Of a stretch of 64,000 nucleotides of DNA, positions 9,749 to 20,668 are shown piece after piece. This DNA comes from an uncultured Planctomycetota bacterium (GTDB taxonomy: Bacteria; Planctomycetota; Phycisphaerae; Tepidisphaerales; Tepidisphaeraceae): NCBI GenBank assembly GCA_963841915.1, contig CAWJEN010000006.1, forward strand, positions 608,001 to 672,000, read 5' to 3'. How positions within the stretch are numbered: position 1 is the first letter of the stretch; the number at the start of each line of letters is the position of its first letter. The translations under genes and the position numbers were made by a program. The notes beneath the pieces are model-generated. The model had not been told where the DNA came from and did not search any database. It saw only the letters and a list, made by a program, of their open reading frames with translations.

Positions 9749-11143
9749 TCAGCCAGGGAGCTTGATCTGCCGACTGTTGCCTTGTGTGATGGTGACGTCA
9801 TCGTCCATCCACACGTCGCGGGCGAATCCGTTCGAGCGAACATCGTCGAGACGCATGTCGTCGATCGAAACGCCGCAGCTCAGCCGCAACGCCGCCGGCC
9901 AGTCGGCGGTGGCGTTGTCGCCGACGTAGTTGAGCTCAACGTCCTGCAGACGCACCGACTCGCAGCGCCCGAAATTGAAGGTGAGTGCGCCCAGATCGGT
10001 CTGCGTGAATGTTTGCGCGTACGAACCGCCGAGGGTGTAGACGTCGCCGGTGACGAGCTTTGCTAGGAAGGTCGTGTTGAGATCGTCGGCATCTTGTGCC
10101 AGGAGCGTCGAACGGATGCAGCTCATCGTCAGGCCGATGATGTCATGCTCGATGTTGAAGAAGAATGGCCCGCGGTGAGTCGCGTTGATGTTCCGCAGTG
10201 ACAAGTTCTTCACCGCGTGGTAGACGCAGATGACCGGGCCTTTCCAGTCGACGATGTGCACGTTCTCGATCGTGATGTCGCGATGCTCGTCCGGTGAAGG
10301 CCACTCCCAGTCGGGGCGAATCTGGGTGCCGCCGTCCCAGCCAATTTTGATGGCGGCGTCGGAACCCTTGCCGGGCGAATTGATGATCGTGAGGTTGGAG
10401 AAGTGGAGCCCTTCGAGCGGGCGACCTTTGCTGGCGATGGTGCGGATGATTCCGCTACCGTGCAGGTTGCGGGCGGTGACGTTGGAGACCTCGACGCCGC
10501 GGATCAAACCGCCCGGGCGTGCGCTGGTGAGGGACGAGTCGATGGCGATGGCGTCGTCGCCGAAGTCGCCGGTGATGCCGTTGATGACGACGCGTTCTGC
10601 GGGTCCGACGATGTGCACGCCATCCTGCCACGGGTGCTTACCGTCCTGGAAGAAGTTGATGTCGCGGATGTGGACGTCTTGCGCGTCTTCGACGCGCAGG
10701 CCCCACCCGGCGGTGCGGCCGATGCGGCAACCTGTGATCCACAAGCCGTTGACCCCGCGAATTAAAACGCCACCCGCACCTTTGCCGAGACCTTCGGTGG
10801 CGACACCGTCAAAACTCGATCGGCCGTCGCCGATGATGCTGATCTGATCATCACGGCCTTCAGGCTCGAATGAAGCCGAGTTTCTGAGAATGCACCCGCG
10901 CATGGTGTCAGCCGCTACGACCCGTGCCCCGCGGAGCAGCAGGGTGGTGTGGCTCGGCAGGACGATTGGACGATCCAGCACCCACGAGCCGTTGTCGCCA
11001 GGTCCGTCGGGTCCGATGCCGATGACGCGACTTGTCCGTTCGGCTAGAGCGGTCAGAGTGCGTTCGATAGCATCTGAAGCAGACTCTTCGCCCACGGGTG
11101 AGACCCAGCGAACCCCTTCCTGCTGGTGGATCATGATGCTCAT
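9749..11143 (-). CDS. Right-handed beta-helix protein, GH28/pectin-lyase-like
   Basis: WQDGVHIVG..GDDAIAID (GH28-like NTDG/GDD) motif and repeated beta-helix coils. Confidence 0.75.
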   Translation of the reverse strand: MSIMIHQQEGVRWVSPVGEESASDAIERTLTALAERTSRVIGIGPDGPGDNGSWVLDRPIVLPSHTTLLLRGARVVAADTMRGCILRNSASFEPEGRDDQISIIGDGRSSFDGVATEGLGKGAGGVLIRGVNGLWITGCRIGRTAGWGLRVEDAQDVHIRDINFFQDGKHPWQDGVHIVGPAERVVINGITGDFGDDAIAIDSSLTSARPGGLIRGVEVSNVTARNLHGSGIIRTIASKGRPLEGLHFSNLTIINSPGKGSDAAIKIGWDGGTQIRPDWEWPSPDEHRDITIENVHIVDWKGPVICVYHAVKNLSLRNINATHRGPFFFNIEHDIIGLTMSCIRSTLLAQDADDLNTTFLAKLVTGDVYTLGGSYAQTFTQTDLGALTFNFGRCESVRLQDVELNYVGDNATADWPAALRLSCGVSIDDMRLDDVRSNGFARDVWMDDDVTITQGNSRQIKLPG

Positions 11144-11350
11144 GTGGCTTTAGGCTGAGTGTCGAGTGCGTCGGGGCGTCTTGAAGGCGGTGCAGCACCT
11201 TCCGCGGCACCTCGTCGGCAGGCTGCGGAGAGACCTTGTGGTCAGGAAGATTGGTACTGCCCCGGCTGCCGACGCGGCCATGTCCCATGGGCTCACACCT
11301 GCCGGTTGGCTGGTTCCGAGGCTTCGTGCAAGAGCAAACAACCTACTTCA

Positions 11351-11369
11351 TGGACCCATATTGGTCAAG
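11351..11369. promoter_or_regulatory. Putative operator TGGACCC-ATATT-GGTCAAG (weaker copy CGAACCC-AATTT-GAGCATC at 11382-11400)
   Basis: Partial match to the palindrome recurring across the locus; upstream of the GH28-like gene. Confidence 0.5.
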
Positions 11370-11418
11370 ATGCCTGGCAGGCGAACCCAATTTGAGCATC
11401 ACGACGTGTTTCGTGGCA

Positions 11419-12069
11419 TCAGTCGCGTTGCAAGTCGGCAGGCTTGAAGGCGTCCGGTTCGAAGGTGAACAGGCGGACCTCGTCGATTGAACCTTCGAAG
11501 CCGCCTGTCTCCTTGCCCTGGTTGAGGGCGATGGCCGCGCCCTCGCCGGCCTTGTAGCCCCAAGGCACTGAATCGGCGGAGCCGGCGTCGCGACCGTTGA
11601 CGTAGAGAACCGATCGATCTTCATGAATGACGAGAGCCACATGCGACCAGGTATCGAGTGGAAGTTTGTGGAAGCCGACGGTGGCCCGGCCGTAGATCAC
11701 GCCCCAAACACCTTCGTTAAATTGCTCGATCCCGAACCCACCGTCGCCGCCGCATCGGACGATGAGTCGGGCGCCATTGGAGGCGCTTGGGCGGACCCAC
11801 GCCTCTATGCCGACGTGCTTAGCCGGATTTGCGGGCATCTCTAGCATTTCCAGTCCGGCCTCTCCGTCAAACGCAAAGGCATTGTCGGATGCCATAATGG
11901 GCGCTGAGTCGGACGTTTTGGGCTCACCGGTAACTCGCCAGATGTTGTCCGCATCGGGTTCACCGAGGCGGGCGCGTAGGACATCTTCAACTTCAGCCGT
12001 CGCTGAGCTGGCAATAGTGGCAGCGGTCAGCAGAAAGGCTGCGAATGCGGCGCGAGTCAGCGTGGTCAT
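11419..12069 (-). CDS. Secreted LamG/concanavalin A-like domain protein
   Basis: Signal peptide; IEAWVRP, WSHVALV, LYVNG, FEGSIDEVRLF. Confidence 0.85.
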   Translation of the reverse strand: MTTLTRAAFAAFLLTAATIASSATAEVEDVLRARLGEPDADNIWRVTGEPKTSDSAPIMASDNAFAFDGEAGLEMLEMPANPAKHVGIEAWVRPSASNGARLIVRCGGDGGFGIEQFNEGVWGVIYGRATVGFHKLPLDTWSHVALVIHEDRSVLYVNGRDAGSADSVPWGYKAGEGAAIALNQGKETGGFEGSIDEVRLFTFEPDAFKPADLQRD

Positions 12070-12078
12070 CGTGTATAC

Positions 12079-12097
12079 TAGACCCAATCCGGGCACG
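12079..12097. promoter_or_regulatory. Putative operator TAGACCC-AATCC-GGGCACG
   Basis: Imperfect palindrome between the divergent LamG and regulator genes, overlapping the LamG -10 (TAGTAT, minus strand 12075-12080). Confidence 0.65.
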
Positions 12098-12170
12098 GCG
12101 GACGTGTATCGGCAGTCAGGTTCTGTCGCAGCTTTAAGCTTGTCGGGTAGAAATCGGTTAGTCTTTCATC

Positions 12171-13325
12171 ATGCCGACCGCGTCCAACGCCGCCTCATCT
12201 GCACCGGGAAAGCTCAGTCGGAGCGAGATGGTGACCCGGTTGCGGGCACACGTTGACTCGGGCGAATTCGCCGAGTCGTTCCCGCTGCCGTCCGAGCGCG
12301 TCCTCAGTGACCGCTTTTCCAGCCACCGCACCACAGTGCGACGGGCGCTGAAGCAGTTGATTGACGAGGGTGTGCTGCGCCGCGAGGGCAGGCGGATCAT
12401 GATCACCGGCCGTACGAAAGGGTGCCTCAGTGGCACCGCTGCGCTGCTCGTTCCGCCGCCTGTCAAGGACCACGAGCCGGAGGTTTGGCGGAGCTGGTCA
12501 GAGTACATTACGCTCAACCTGTCACGCGGCATCAGCGAGGCCGGGCTGAATCTGCTGTCGCTGCACCCTGACCAATTGACGGCGGACACGCTCGTTCGGC
12601 TGGCTCAGATGCGGCCACTGGGGGTGCTGGTGCCAGAGGTCTTTGGGCTCAATACCGCAGCCGTCATCGAGCTCTGCGATGCGGTGGTCGCCCACGATCT
12701 TCGCGTCGTTGTCAGCGGCGGCGACCCTTTGTTTGGCAAGTATGACCGGGTCGCGTCTGATCACGTCTATGGCGGAAAAATTCTCGCAGAAGCTCTTATC
12801 GGGGAACATCGCACCCGCCTGGCTCACGTTGCGGCCGGTTCCTTCGACACGTACTGGATGAAGGCCCGTGCCGAAGGCGCTGCCGACGCCTGTGCGGCGG
12901 CAGGTGTGGCCGAACCGCGGCGGATCATCGTCCCGCCTGTCTTTGCATTGCGAACACAGGACTCGTTCGACGCCCACGTCAAGCTCATTGCCGGTCACCT
13001 CGTGTCTCACCTGGGCCCGCAGCTCGACGTCGACGCACTGATGGTGGCGAGCGATCGCGAAAGCTACGCCGTCGCGGCGGCGGTGAATTTGTTCGGCAAA
13101 GTCCCCGGCCGCGACATCGCGATTTGCGGCTTCGACAACATCTACTCGCTGTGCGAAGAGCGGCAATTCGAGTCGTTCACGCCGCACTTCACGGTCGACA
13201 AACACAACGAAACCATGGGACGGCAGATGCTCGAACTGCTTCGCGACCGGGTCGACGGCAAGTTGCCGCCGGAACCGCAGCTGCGACTCGTCGAGCCCAC
13301 GCTGCTACGCCCGGCGGCTGACTGA
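12171..13325 (+). CDS. GntR-HTH + LacI-type sugar-binding domain transcriptional regulator (AraR-like architecture)
   Basis: LPSERVLSDRFSSHRTTVRRALKQLIDEG winged HTH; C-terminal VPGRDIAICGFDN..TVD periplasmic-binding-protein fold. Confidence 0.9.
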   Translation: MPTASNAASSAPGKLSRSEMVTRLRAHVDSGEFAESFPLPSERVLSDRFSSHRTTVRRALKQLIDEGVLRREGRRIMITGRTKGCLSGTAALLVPPPVKDHEPEVWRSWSEYITLNLSRGISEAGLNLLSLHPDQLTADTLVRLAQMRPLGVLVPEVFGLNTAAVIELCDAVVAHDLRVVVSGGDPLFGKYDRVASDHVYGGKILAEALIGEHRTRLAHVAAGSFDTYWMKARAEGAADACAAAGVAEPRRIIVPPVFALRTQDSFDAHVKLIAGHLVSHLGPQLDVDALMVASDRESYAVAAAVNLFGKVPGRDIAICGFDNIYSLCEERQFESFTPHFTVDKHNETMGRQMLELLRDRVDGKLPPEPQLRLVEPTLLRPAAD

Positions 13326-13373
13326 AACCCGACATTGTCTGCCAACGGGCGTGGTGGCGGCAGCATTGTGAGT

Positions 13374-13392
13374 TGTGCCCAAATCGGGTACA
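13374..13392. promoter_or_regulatory. Putative operator TGTGCCC-AAATC-GGGTACA (best copy)
   Basis: 7-5-7 palindrome with one mismatch, 87 nt upstream of ATG 13480. Confidence 0.7.
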
Positions 13393-13479
13393 GTCGACAA
13401 CTTCCTGGCGTGATGTGTCCGTAGTCGTTCCGTGCGAGCGGTGTCACCTCAGGAACAACCTGTATCCTGAGGAGGATCG

Positions 13480-16400
13480 ATGGCCGCCGACCAGATTATC
13501 AACCGTGCTTCTCCTAAAGCCGTCGCGTCGCGCAACATCTGCGAACCTCTCGAGCCGCGCCAACTGCTCGCCGCAGAGCCGGTTCTAGCCGAGAGGACGT
13601 GGGACTTCATCGATTCGATCGGCATTAACCGGCAGTATGGCGTAACAGAGGCCGACATCAGTGACGTCGGCATCCGCCACCTGCGGGGTTCGCTGATCGG
13701 TTTCACCCAAGGCTCGTCGCCTTCGGAGGATGTTGCGAAGCGGATCTACGACGACAATGGCATCAAGTCGACCATCCTGATCACCGGCGAGTACAACAAG
13801 TCTCCGCAGACGATGATCAACGAGATCAATCGCTTCGACCCGCAAGGGGTCAGCTTGATTGAGGGGATGAACGAGGTCGACAACAGCTTTGTCCCGACGT
13901 CGTTCTACTACCAGATGGCCGGTTTCGATCAGGGTGTCGACTCAGTCAAAGAATCGCAGCGACAGGTGTACGAAGCCATTCGGTCAGATCCCGACTGGGA
14001 CAACGTGATGCTGGCGAACTTCACGATGATCTTCGACCGCAGTCAGGCGGCGCCGTTCTACGACTACGACCTGCTCAACGAGCACAGCTATCAGGGGCGT
14101 GAAAAGCCTGAAAGTACGAATCTTGGCAACTGGTATGACGATGCCCGTGACGTCGAGCCGGACGGGCTGGCCAAAAAGCCGATCGTTATCACCGAGACCG
14201 GCTACACGACGAATTATAACGCGACGCGGCAGGTCCCGGAAGTCGCTCAGTCCAAGTACACGCCGCGTCTGTTTGCGTCGTACTTCAAGAAGGGCGTGGC
14301 CCGGACCTTTCTCTTCTCCTTCGGCAACTTGGAAGGTTACGGCCTCAAGCGCGATGACGGGTCGCTCAAGCCGTCTTACTCAGCTGTCAAGAACCTGATT
14401 TCGACGCTTTCGGAGGAAACATGGGACGTGGGGCAAAAGCGATGGGAACTGCCCAACGGTTCCCCTGCCGGCCGCGTCTTTGATCCGGGGTATCTCGACT
14501 ACGAAGTCACCGGCGGAGCCGTCGAGCAGCTCTTGCTCCAGCAGTCCGACGGTGACTTTTACTTGATGCTCTGGCAAAACAAGCGGGTGACAGACCCCAA
14601 TGCCAGCGACTCGAAGAATGTCATCAACAACCCCGACGTCAACGTCACGATCAACCTCGACACGGCGATCAATTCAAGCGTGACGAGCTACCGTCAGAAT
14701 GCAGACGGCAGCTACACCACGAGTGCTTTGTCTGCCAGTGGAGCTGCCGGAAGTCAGTCGGTGACGCTTCCTGTCGGTGATGCGGTCACGCTCGTGAAGT
14801 TGACGCCGAGCGGTGGATTAGCGGCGACGTTGGGGGGCGCAGAATTCGGTGCCCAGCTTGCCGCCGTCAACGTCGGCGGAGCACAAAACGGCGCTTTCGC
14901 TGCCGACGCGCCTGCGAACGCTTACACCTACGTGACCCCATCAACTCCGGGTGGCGTCGTCTCAAGGTCGAGAGCAATCAACATGTCCGGCGTCGCAAGC
15001 GGCACGCCGGCTTCGATCTTCCAGTCGGGCCGCGAAGGAACTTCGACCGTCAGCATTGATGGTCTGAGATCGGGTGAGACGTACAAGGTTCGACTCCACT
15101 TTGCCGAAGACTCGGCCGCCGTGACGGCGGCGGGACAACGCACGTTCCACGTCTGGATCAACGGCGAGCAGGTTCTGGAGAACTACGACATTTATGCCGA
15201 CGCCAACGGGGCGAACAAGGCGGTCTCACGGGACTTCTTTGTCGGCGGGCATCCGGGTGGTGCCATCAGCGTTCAGCTCTTCGATGGCGACGCCGGCAAG
15301 GCCCTGATCAACGGCGTCGAAGTCTTCGTTCGCGGCGACGACGGGCAACGGGCGCTGGTCCCGCAGGGCGAGGACGGCCGAATCTCGCGGAGCGACAACG
15401 GCGGCGGCCTGTCAACGTCCAGCGTCACCTCGTCGAGCATCCTGGCAGGCACCTACCAGAGCATTGATGCCAACGCTGTGCTCGTCTTCCAGCTGCCAAC
15501 GCTTGCCCCCGGAGAACTCTTCACTTCCGGGTCCTTCGGCGTGAAAGTCGCCGAGAACTTCGGCGGCTTGAACTCGTGGAACCTTGACCTCTACGGGCTC
15601 GGTGCCCGCGCAAGTGCCGATATTCTCGGCAGCGACTACTACAACGGCTCCGACGACACCACCGATGCCGTCAAGCTCAGCGACAACTTCATCGCCAGGT
15701 ACACCACGGGTCTTCCTGCAGTCGAGACATCGCCGTCGCTCGGTTCGACCATCGCCGACTACCTCAACACGCAGTACGCCGGTGGCGACAACGCGGGTAA
15801 GTACGTGTTTCTGCGTCTGAGCCCCGACGCATCGGGCTCGAACCTGCCCAATGACCGCATCCTGAAAGTGCTCAGCAACGAAGCATCGTCGATTCAGGAT
15901 CGGCCGTTCCTGCGCTACGAAACCAATCTTGCCGACCTCGGCGGGGCGGCGGGCGCTTTCCTGCAGGATGAATCGGGCAGCAACCTCGTCAGTATGGAGG
16001 CCGAGCACTACAGGTCCAACGTCGACGGAACTACCGATTTCTGGGTACAACAGACCGGCAGCGGGTCCGGAAACGCCTCCATGTTCGCCGGGCCGGACGA
16101 CGGCACGACCAACAATTCCAACTTCGTCTCCGACAGTCCGCGGCTCGACTTCGACATCAACTTCAAGACGACCGGAACCCACTACGTCTGGATTCGAGGC
16201 GCAGCTCCGGCGACCAACAGCGGCGGGGGCGATTCGGTGCACGTCGGTCTCAATGGCAGTGCCGTCGCTTCAGCCGACCGCATCTCCGGGTTTGGAGCCA
16301 ACGCCTTCAACTGGATCAGCCAGACCATGGACGGCTCGAGCCGTGCGACGATCAACATCACGAGCACCGGCATTCAGACGCTGAACGTCTGGATGCGTGA

Positions 16401-17076
16401 GGACGGCTTTGACTTCGACAAGATCGTCTTGACGAAGTCCTCGAGCTACACGCCCAGCGGCGTCGGGCCGGCCGAGAGTGACCGTGTGCCCAGTGTGCTG
16501 CCCGAACTACGCCAGGCCGAAGATGCCGTGCTGGGCGGCGGGACTGTGGTGGCGACGACCTCGGTCGGCTTCCGCGGCACGGGCTATGCCAATCCCGGTG
16601 CAGCCGGCTCCTACATCGACTTCACCGACGTCGTCGGCGGCCTGCAACGCACGTTCACCTTCCGGTACACCAACGGCTCGGTCGCTAGTCGCACCGCCGA
16701 CTTGAAGGTCAACGGGTCCGTCGTCGGCACCATCACTGCGTCTCCGACGGGTAGCTGGAACAACTGGTCAACCGTTTCTGCGACGCTCGATCTTCCAGCC
16801 GGTAACAACACGGTCCGACTCGAGGCGACCGGTCAGGACTGGGGTCACGTCGACGAGGTCGAGATCTCCGGAAACGCGGTCGCTGCCTCACCTGCAGGAA
16901 GGTTCGGCCAAGCCCGTGAGACAGATGTCGGCCGCGAATTGCAACCGGTCAGCTCCGGCCACATCGTTCGACCCGGCGTAGCGGCAACTCGCCTCTTTGC
17001 CGATGGAGCCAGCCCCCTTTTCCCAGGTTTTACCGATGAGGCGGTTCTGGACGAGCCGTGGGCCTTGTTTGCCTGA
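13480..17076 (+). CDS. Large secreted multidomain glycoside hydrolase (clan GH-A-like TIM barrel + malectin + CBM6/35-like modules) with LEPR-XLL motif
   Basis: EPLEPRQLLA planctomycete export motif; EGMNEVD acid/base and ITETGY nucleophile; YKVRLHFAE..GQRTFHVWING malectin; RQAEDA..GTGYAN..GSWNNW..GNNTVRL CBM; GAGGAGG RBS. Confidence 0.8.
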   Translation: MAADQIINRASPKAVASRNICEPLEPRQLLAAEPVLAERTWDFIDSIGINRQYGVTEADISDVGIRHLRGSLIGFTQGSSPSEDVAKRIYDDNGIKSTILITGEYNKSPQTMINEINRFDPQGVSLIEGMNEVDNSFVPTSFYYQMAGFDQGVDSVKESQRQVYEAIRSDPDWDNVMLANFTMIFDRSQAAPFYDYDLLNEHSYQGREKPESTNLGNWYDDARDVEPDGLAKKPIVITETGYTTNYNATRQVPEVAQSKYTPRLFASYFKKGVARTFLFSFGNLEGYGLKRDDGSLKPSYSAVKNLISTLSEETWDVGQKRWELPNGSPAGRVFDPGYLDYEVTGGAVEQLLLQQSDGDFYLMLWQNKRVTDPNASDSKNVINNPDVNVTINLDTAINSSVTSYRQNADGSYTTSALSASGAAGSQSVTLPVGDAVTLVKLTPSGGLAATLGGAEFGAQLAAVNVGGAQNGAFAADAPANAYTYVTPSTPGGVVSRSRAINMSGVASGTPASIFQSGREGTSTVSIDGLRSGETYKVRLHFAEDSAAVTAAGQRTFHVWINGEQVLENYDIYADANGANKAVSRDFFVGGHPGGAISVQLFDGDAGKALINGVEVFVRGDDGQRALVPQGEDGRISRSDNGGGLSTSSVTSSSILAGTYQSIDANAVLVFQLPTLAPGELFTSGSFGVKVAENFGGLNSWNLDLYGLGARASADILGSDYYNGSDDTTDAVKLSDNFIARYTTGLPAVETSPSLGSTIADYLNTQYAGGDNAGKYVFLRLSPDASGSNLPNDRILKVLSNEASSIQDRPFLRYETNLADLGGAAGAFLQDESGSNLVSMEAEHYRSNVDGTTDFWVQQTGSGSGNASMFAGPDDGTTNNSNFVSDSPRLDFDINFKTTGTHYVWIRGAAPATNSGGGDSVHVGLNGSAVASADRISGFGANAFNWISQTMDGSSRATINITSTGIQTLNVWMREDGFDFDKIVLTKSSSYTPSGVGPAESDRVPSVLPELRQAEDAVLGGGTVVATTSVGFRGTGYANPGAAGSYIDFTDVVGGLQRTFTFRYTNGSVASRTADLKVNGSVVGTITASPTGSWNNWSTVSATLDLPAGNNTVRLEATGQDWGHVDEVEISGNAVAASPAGRFGQARETDVGRELQPVSSGHIVRPGVAATRLFADGASPLFPGFTDEAVLDEPWALFA

Positions 17077-17116
17077 TGGCGTCAATGAACCCGCAACGTG
17101 CCCTTGCCGCTGTATG

Positions 17117-17135
17117 AGTGCCCGATTTTGAGTGA
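17117..17135. promoter_or_regulatory. Possible operator half-site AGTGCCC-GATTT
   Basis: Left half of the locus motif just upstream of ATG 17140. Confidence 0.35.
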
Positions 17136-17139
17136 ACCA

Positions 17140-20100
17140 ATGTTTTCGAACCACCACCGCCCGCTGCTCGCCGTCGTTCTCGGCGCTGTCCTGCTTCTTG
17201 TCTTACCGGCGGCGGGGGCGCCATCCCGTGACTGGCGAGATACGCCGCTCGATGAGCTACGCGCGATTCCGGGCATCGATGTGGTGGAGGTGACCTTTGA
17301 CGGTCGCGAGCCGCAGGAACATGGCTTGGCTGTTCACGGGTCGCTGCCCAAGCCGCTCAAAGTCAGCTTCCCAAAGTCCGGGACGGAGATTGCTTGGGGC
17401 ACGCAGGCCAGTGCTGACGACCGGCCGTGGATGCGACACTTTCCGCTCGACATCACCGATGAAGCGTTTCGCGATGCCGATCACGCAGCCGTCGACATCT
17501 ACGTGACTTACCACTTGGCCGCCTGGTCCGGACTGCAGGTCGAGGCATCAACGTCCGAGGGCTTGAAGGTGGTCGACAACGGGTGGGGCAACACGTCGAA
17601 CTGGCGGACAGAATTCACTGCGGCGGACGATGTCGACTTCACCGCAGATGGGCCTCACCTGCGGGTCGCCGGGGCAAACGGAACCCTCTACATCAAACGT
17701 GTCCGACTCATCGGCTACAAGCGCAGCGGCCCGGACGTGCGTTGGGATCGCCTGTTGCGGCCACGGTCACTCGAGGCCGGTACGAGCGACGGCATTTTCG
17801 CTTTTGCGCCTGGTGAGGGACAAGCGCGTCTGGCTGTCGAGAATCTGGCGACGCAAGACAAGGACCTTGACTACACCTTCAGCATTTCGACGCTCGGCGA
17901 CGAATCGGTCGTGCACCAGTCGAGCGGGAAGGTGACGATCGGCGGGGCGTCGACGGAGTCGATCGACATGTCCTTCGACGCCTCGGACTGGAAGCTGGGC
18001 CCGTACGTCGGGTCGATCGTGGTCAATGACAGCGACGCAAGTGAGCCGATGCTTTCGCTGCCGTTGACGCTGGGCGTCATCGACGGCGAGACGCGACGTC
18101 TCGAACGCGCCCGCGGCAACGCGAGCTACTGGTTCGGCCTCGATGCGGCCAACAACGAAATATTCAAGACCGGCACCGACCAGTCGTTTGCCTACTACGA
18201 CCTGCTGGGCGTCGACATTCTGCGAGGCGTCCCGCATGCCAGCAAGGGCAAGGTGTCATCGGTCAGTCACATCTCGGACATGATGGGCAAGCTGGCCGAC
18301 CACGACATGCGCAGCGCCTACATCGCTTGGCCCGACGCGTGGCAGAAGAATGGGTCGGAGTACGAGAAGGATCGTGAGAAGCGGGTCGGAGCCCTCGCCG
18401 CCTTAGCCGCTGCCTACGGCGGCCGGGAACCCGGCAAGATTCCATACTTCGAGATCGGCAACGAGCCGGACCTGACCTTCTTCTACGGCCGACCTGCAAA
18501 GGACTACGTCGAGAGCTACCACATGGCCTACGACGCGATCCGCGACGCGGACCCGGAGCACAAGGCAATGGTGATGCACGGCGGCCTGTGCTTCCACGGG
18601 AGTGACGGTGACCGCCGGGCGCGCGAGATTATCCGCCTGACGGATCCGGACAAGGTCGATGTCTGGGCGTTTCATGGCCACGGTCCGGGCCTCGAATCTG
18701 AAAGAGAGGCCTACGAGCGGCATGTCGAGGCGGTCCGAAGCGAGGCCCAAGGCGACACCAACACTAATTTGGCCAAGCCGTTCCTGGAGACCGAAAGCGG
18801 CGTCAATCAGACTAACGCGGCAGGTATGGCCGAGCAGGCGCGGACAGCGGTAGAGAAGCAGCTGTACGCCATGAGCGTCGACATGCCGAGCTTGTACTAC
18901 TTCCGCCTGTACATGGAAGGTGGTGGCGATGCGGGTTACGGCATGACCCGCCGCATTGGTAGAGGCGACTTCAATCAACCGCTGCCCAGCGTTTTGACCT
19001 ACCGCCAACTCGTGCGGCGGCTTCGGCACACGCGATTCGTCAGCCAACTTCCGGTCGAGTCCGACGGCATCGTCGCATTTCTATTCGCACATGTCGACGA
19101 AGCCGGCCGCGACGACGGCACCAAGACGCTCGTCGCGTTCAACACCGATCCGCAGCAGACGACGCTGACGTTCCAGCTCCAGGAAGCGGGCGCGTCGATG
19201 AGGAACGAGCCCAATGCGTACGACATGTACGGCAACGGCTTCGAACTCAAGGCCGGTGTCGACAATGTCCGCGAACTGGATGTCGGGCCGGATCCGGTCT
19301 ATTTGACTTGGGCCGGCGACGGCGCGGTCGATGAGGTGCAAGCCCTGTCGCCGCTGCTGACGCTGGCCGATGCAAGCCAGCCACGCGTGCTGCTCGGCGA
19401 GGACAACGTGATCAAGCTACTCGTGGGCGGTAACGCCACGACAGTCGGTAAGGCGACCCTGTCCACGACGGCCACGGGCCGCATTGCCATGTCGGTCACG
19501 CCCGAGACGCAGCAGATTGATCTGGGCCAAGCTGGCGAGATCGAGCTGGTCGTGCGACCGGGCACGTCGGAGGCGCCGCTGAACGTGCCGACGTGGTGGA
19601 AGTCGTTCGTCGATGTCGACCTCGAACAACTCGAGGCCCAGCCGTCGTTGCTGGCCACCATCCCGAACACGCTGCCGAAGCTCGATGGCGGGCAGGTGAG
19701 CGGCTCACATATCAAGGGTGACGAGTCCAATCTCGTCGACTTCGATACCATCTCCACCGGTCGCAAGGAGAAGCGCCCGGCAGTGTCGTACGCAATTCTC
19801 GACTCGGCAGCAGACGCCACGGTGAAGGTCGGAGCACGGGCCGACTGGTGGATGAAGTGGTACCTCAACGGCGAAGTCGTCTACGACACGTTCGATCGAG
19901 GCAATCAGCACGGGACGGTGATCGACCACACCTTCGACCTGAAGCTGAAGGCCGGCCGCAACGTCATCGCCGTGATGGTCAAGAGCGGCATGAGCGGCTT
20001 CAACTTCACCCTTGCCGATGAAGGAGATCTCGCTTTGGCCCGGGGCGAGCTGGCGCCCGACACGGTGGCCGTGGACGTTCTTGACGAGTCGGGGTCGCTG

Positions 20101-20637
20101 CTGACCAAGGTGTACGTGCCGCTGGAGCTCGCAGCCGACGTGGCCGACCTGCAGGGCGTTCAGCCTCAAGACGTCGAAGCCTGGCGCAACATGGAACCCG
20201 TCGCTGTTCTGACGGACGAGGCTGTGTCCAACCCGCACTTGAAGCACCCGGACGCCACCCGTTGGTACAGCGGCTCGGATGACTTGTCGGCCGACGTCTG
20301 GCTGCTCGATGATGAGGAAGCAGACGCGACCCATGTCTTCGTCGAAGTCCGCGATGACGTCGCAAGCGCGGGAGACGCGGTGCGTGTGGTCATCATCAGC
20401 GACGCAGGTGAGACGCTGGTCGACGAGGCCCTCGACGTGCTCCGCACCGAGAAGAACAGCCTGATCTACCACCTGCCGATCTCGCGAAGCACGATGGCAG
20501 CGTCGCCGTTCCGGCTCAATCTAGAGGTGCAAGACCTCGACGACGGTGACGTAGGCGACGCCGCTTACAAGCAGATCGCAAGTTTCGGCTCGGTCAACAA
20601 CCCGGCCTTGGGTGTCCGATTCACGCTGCGGAAGTAA
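17140..20637 (+). CDS. Large secreted glycoside hydrolase, GH39-like (clan GH-A) with accessory beta-sandwich domains
   Basis: Signal peptide; FEIGNEPD acid/base, DVWAFHGH, FLETESG nucleophile; ADWWMKWYLNG..LKAGRNVIAV module. Confidence 0.75.
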   Translation: MFSNHHRPLLAVVLGAVLLLVLPAAGAPSRDWRDTPLDELRAIPGIDVVEVTFDGREPQEHGLAVHGSLPKPLKVSFPKSGTEIAWGTQASADDRPWMRHFPLDITDEAFRDADHAAVDIYVTYHLAAWSGLQVEASTSEGLKVVDNGWGNTSNWRTEFTAADDVDFTADGPHLRVAGANGTLYIKRVRLIGYKRSGPDVRWDRLLRPRSLEAGTSDGIFAFAPGEGQARLAVENLATQDKDLDYTFSISTLGDESVVHQSSGKVTIGGASTESIDMSFDASDWKLGPYVGSIVVNDSDASEPMLSLPLTLGVIDGETRRLERARGNASYWFGLDAANNEIFKTGTDQSFAYYDLLGVDILRGVPHASKGKVSSVSHISDMMGKLADHDMRSAYIAWPDAWQKNGSEYEKDREKRVGALAALAAAYGGREPGKIPYFEIGNEPDLTFFYGRPAKDYVESYHMAYDAIRDADPEHKAMVMHGGLCFHGSDGDRRAREIIRLTDPDKVDVWAFHGHGPGLESEREAYERHVEAVRSEAQGDTNTNLAKPFLETESGVNQTNAAGMAEQARTAVEKQLYAMSVDMPSLYYFRLYMEGGGDAGYGMTRRIGRGDFNQPLPSVLTYRQLVRRLRHTRFVSQLPVESDGIVAFLFAHVDEAGRDDGTKTLVAFNTDPQQTTLTFQLQEAGASMRNEPNAYDMYGNGFELKAGVDNVRELDVGPDPVYLTWAGDGAVDEVQALSPLLTLADASQPRVLLGEDNVIKLLVGGNATTVGKATLSTTATGRIAMSVTPETQQIDLGQAGEIELVVRPGTSEAPLNVPTWWKSFVDVDLEQLEAQPSLLATIPNTLPKLDGGQVSGSHIKGDESNLVDFDTISTGRKEKRPAVSYAILDSAADATVKVGARADWWMKWYLNGEVVYDTFDRGNQHGTVIDHTFDLKLKAGRNVIAVMVKSGMSGFNFTLADEGDLALARGELAPDTVAVDVLDESGSLLTKVYVPLELAADVADLQGVQPQDVEAWRNMEPVAVLTDEAVSNPHLKHPDATRWYSGSDDLSADVWLLDDEEADATHVFVEVRDDVASAGDAVRVVIISDAGETLVDEALDVLRTEKNSLIYHLPISRSTMAASPFRLNLEVQDLDDGDVGDAAYKQIASFGSVNNPALGVRFTLRK

Positions 20638-20668
20638 GGCTGAAAAGAGCCGAAGCCACGAATGCCGT

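Noticed and set aside
11150..11341. 63-aa leader peptide upstream of the GH28-like gene
   Set aside because: TTG start, no recognisable motif or coding bias; cannot be supported
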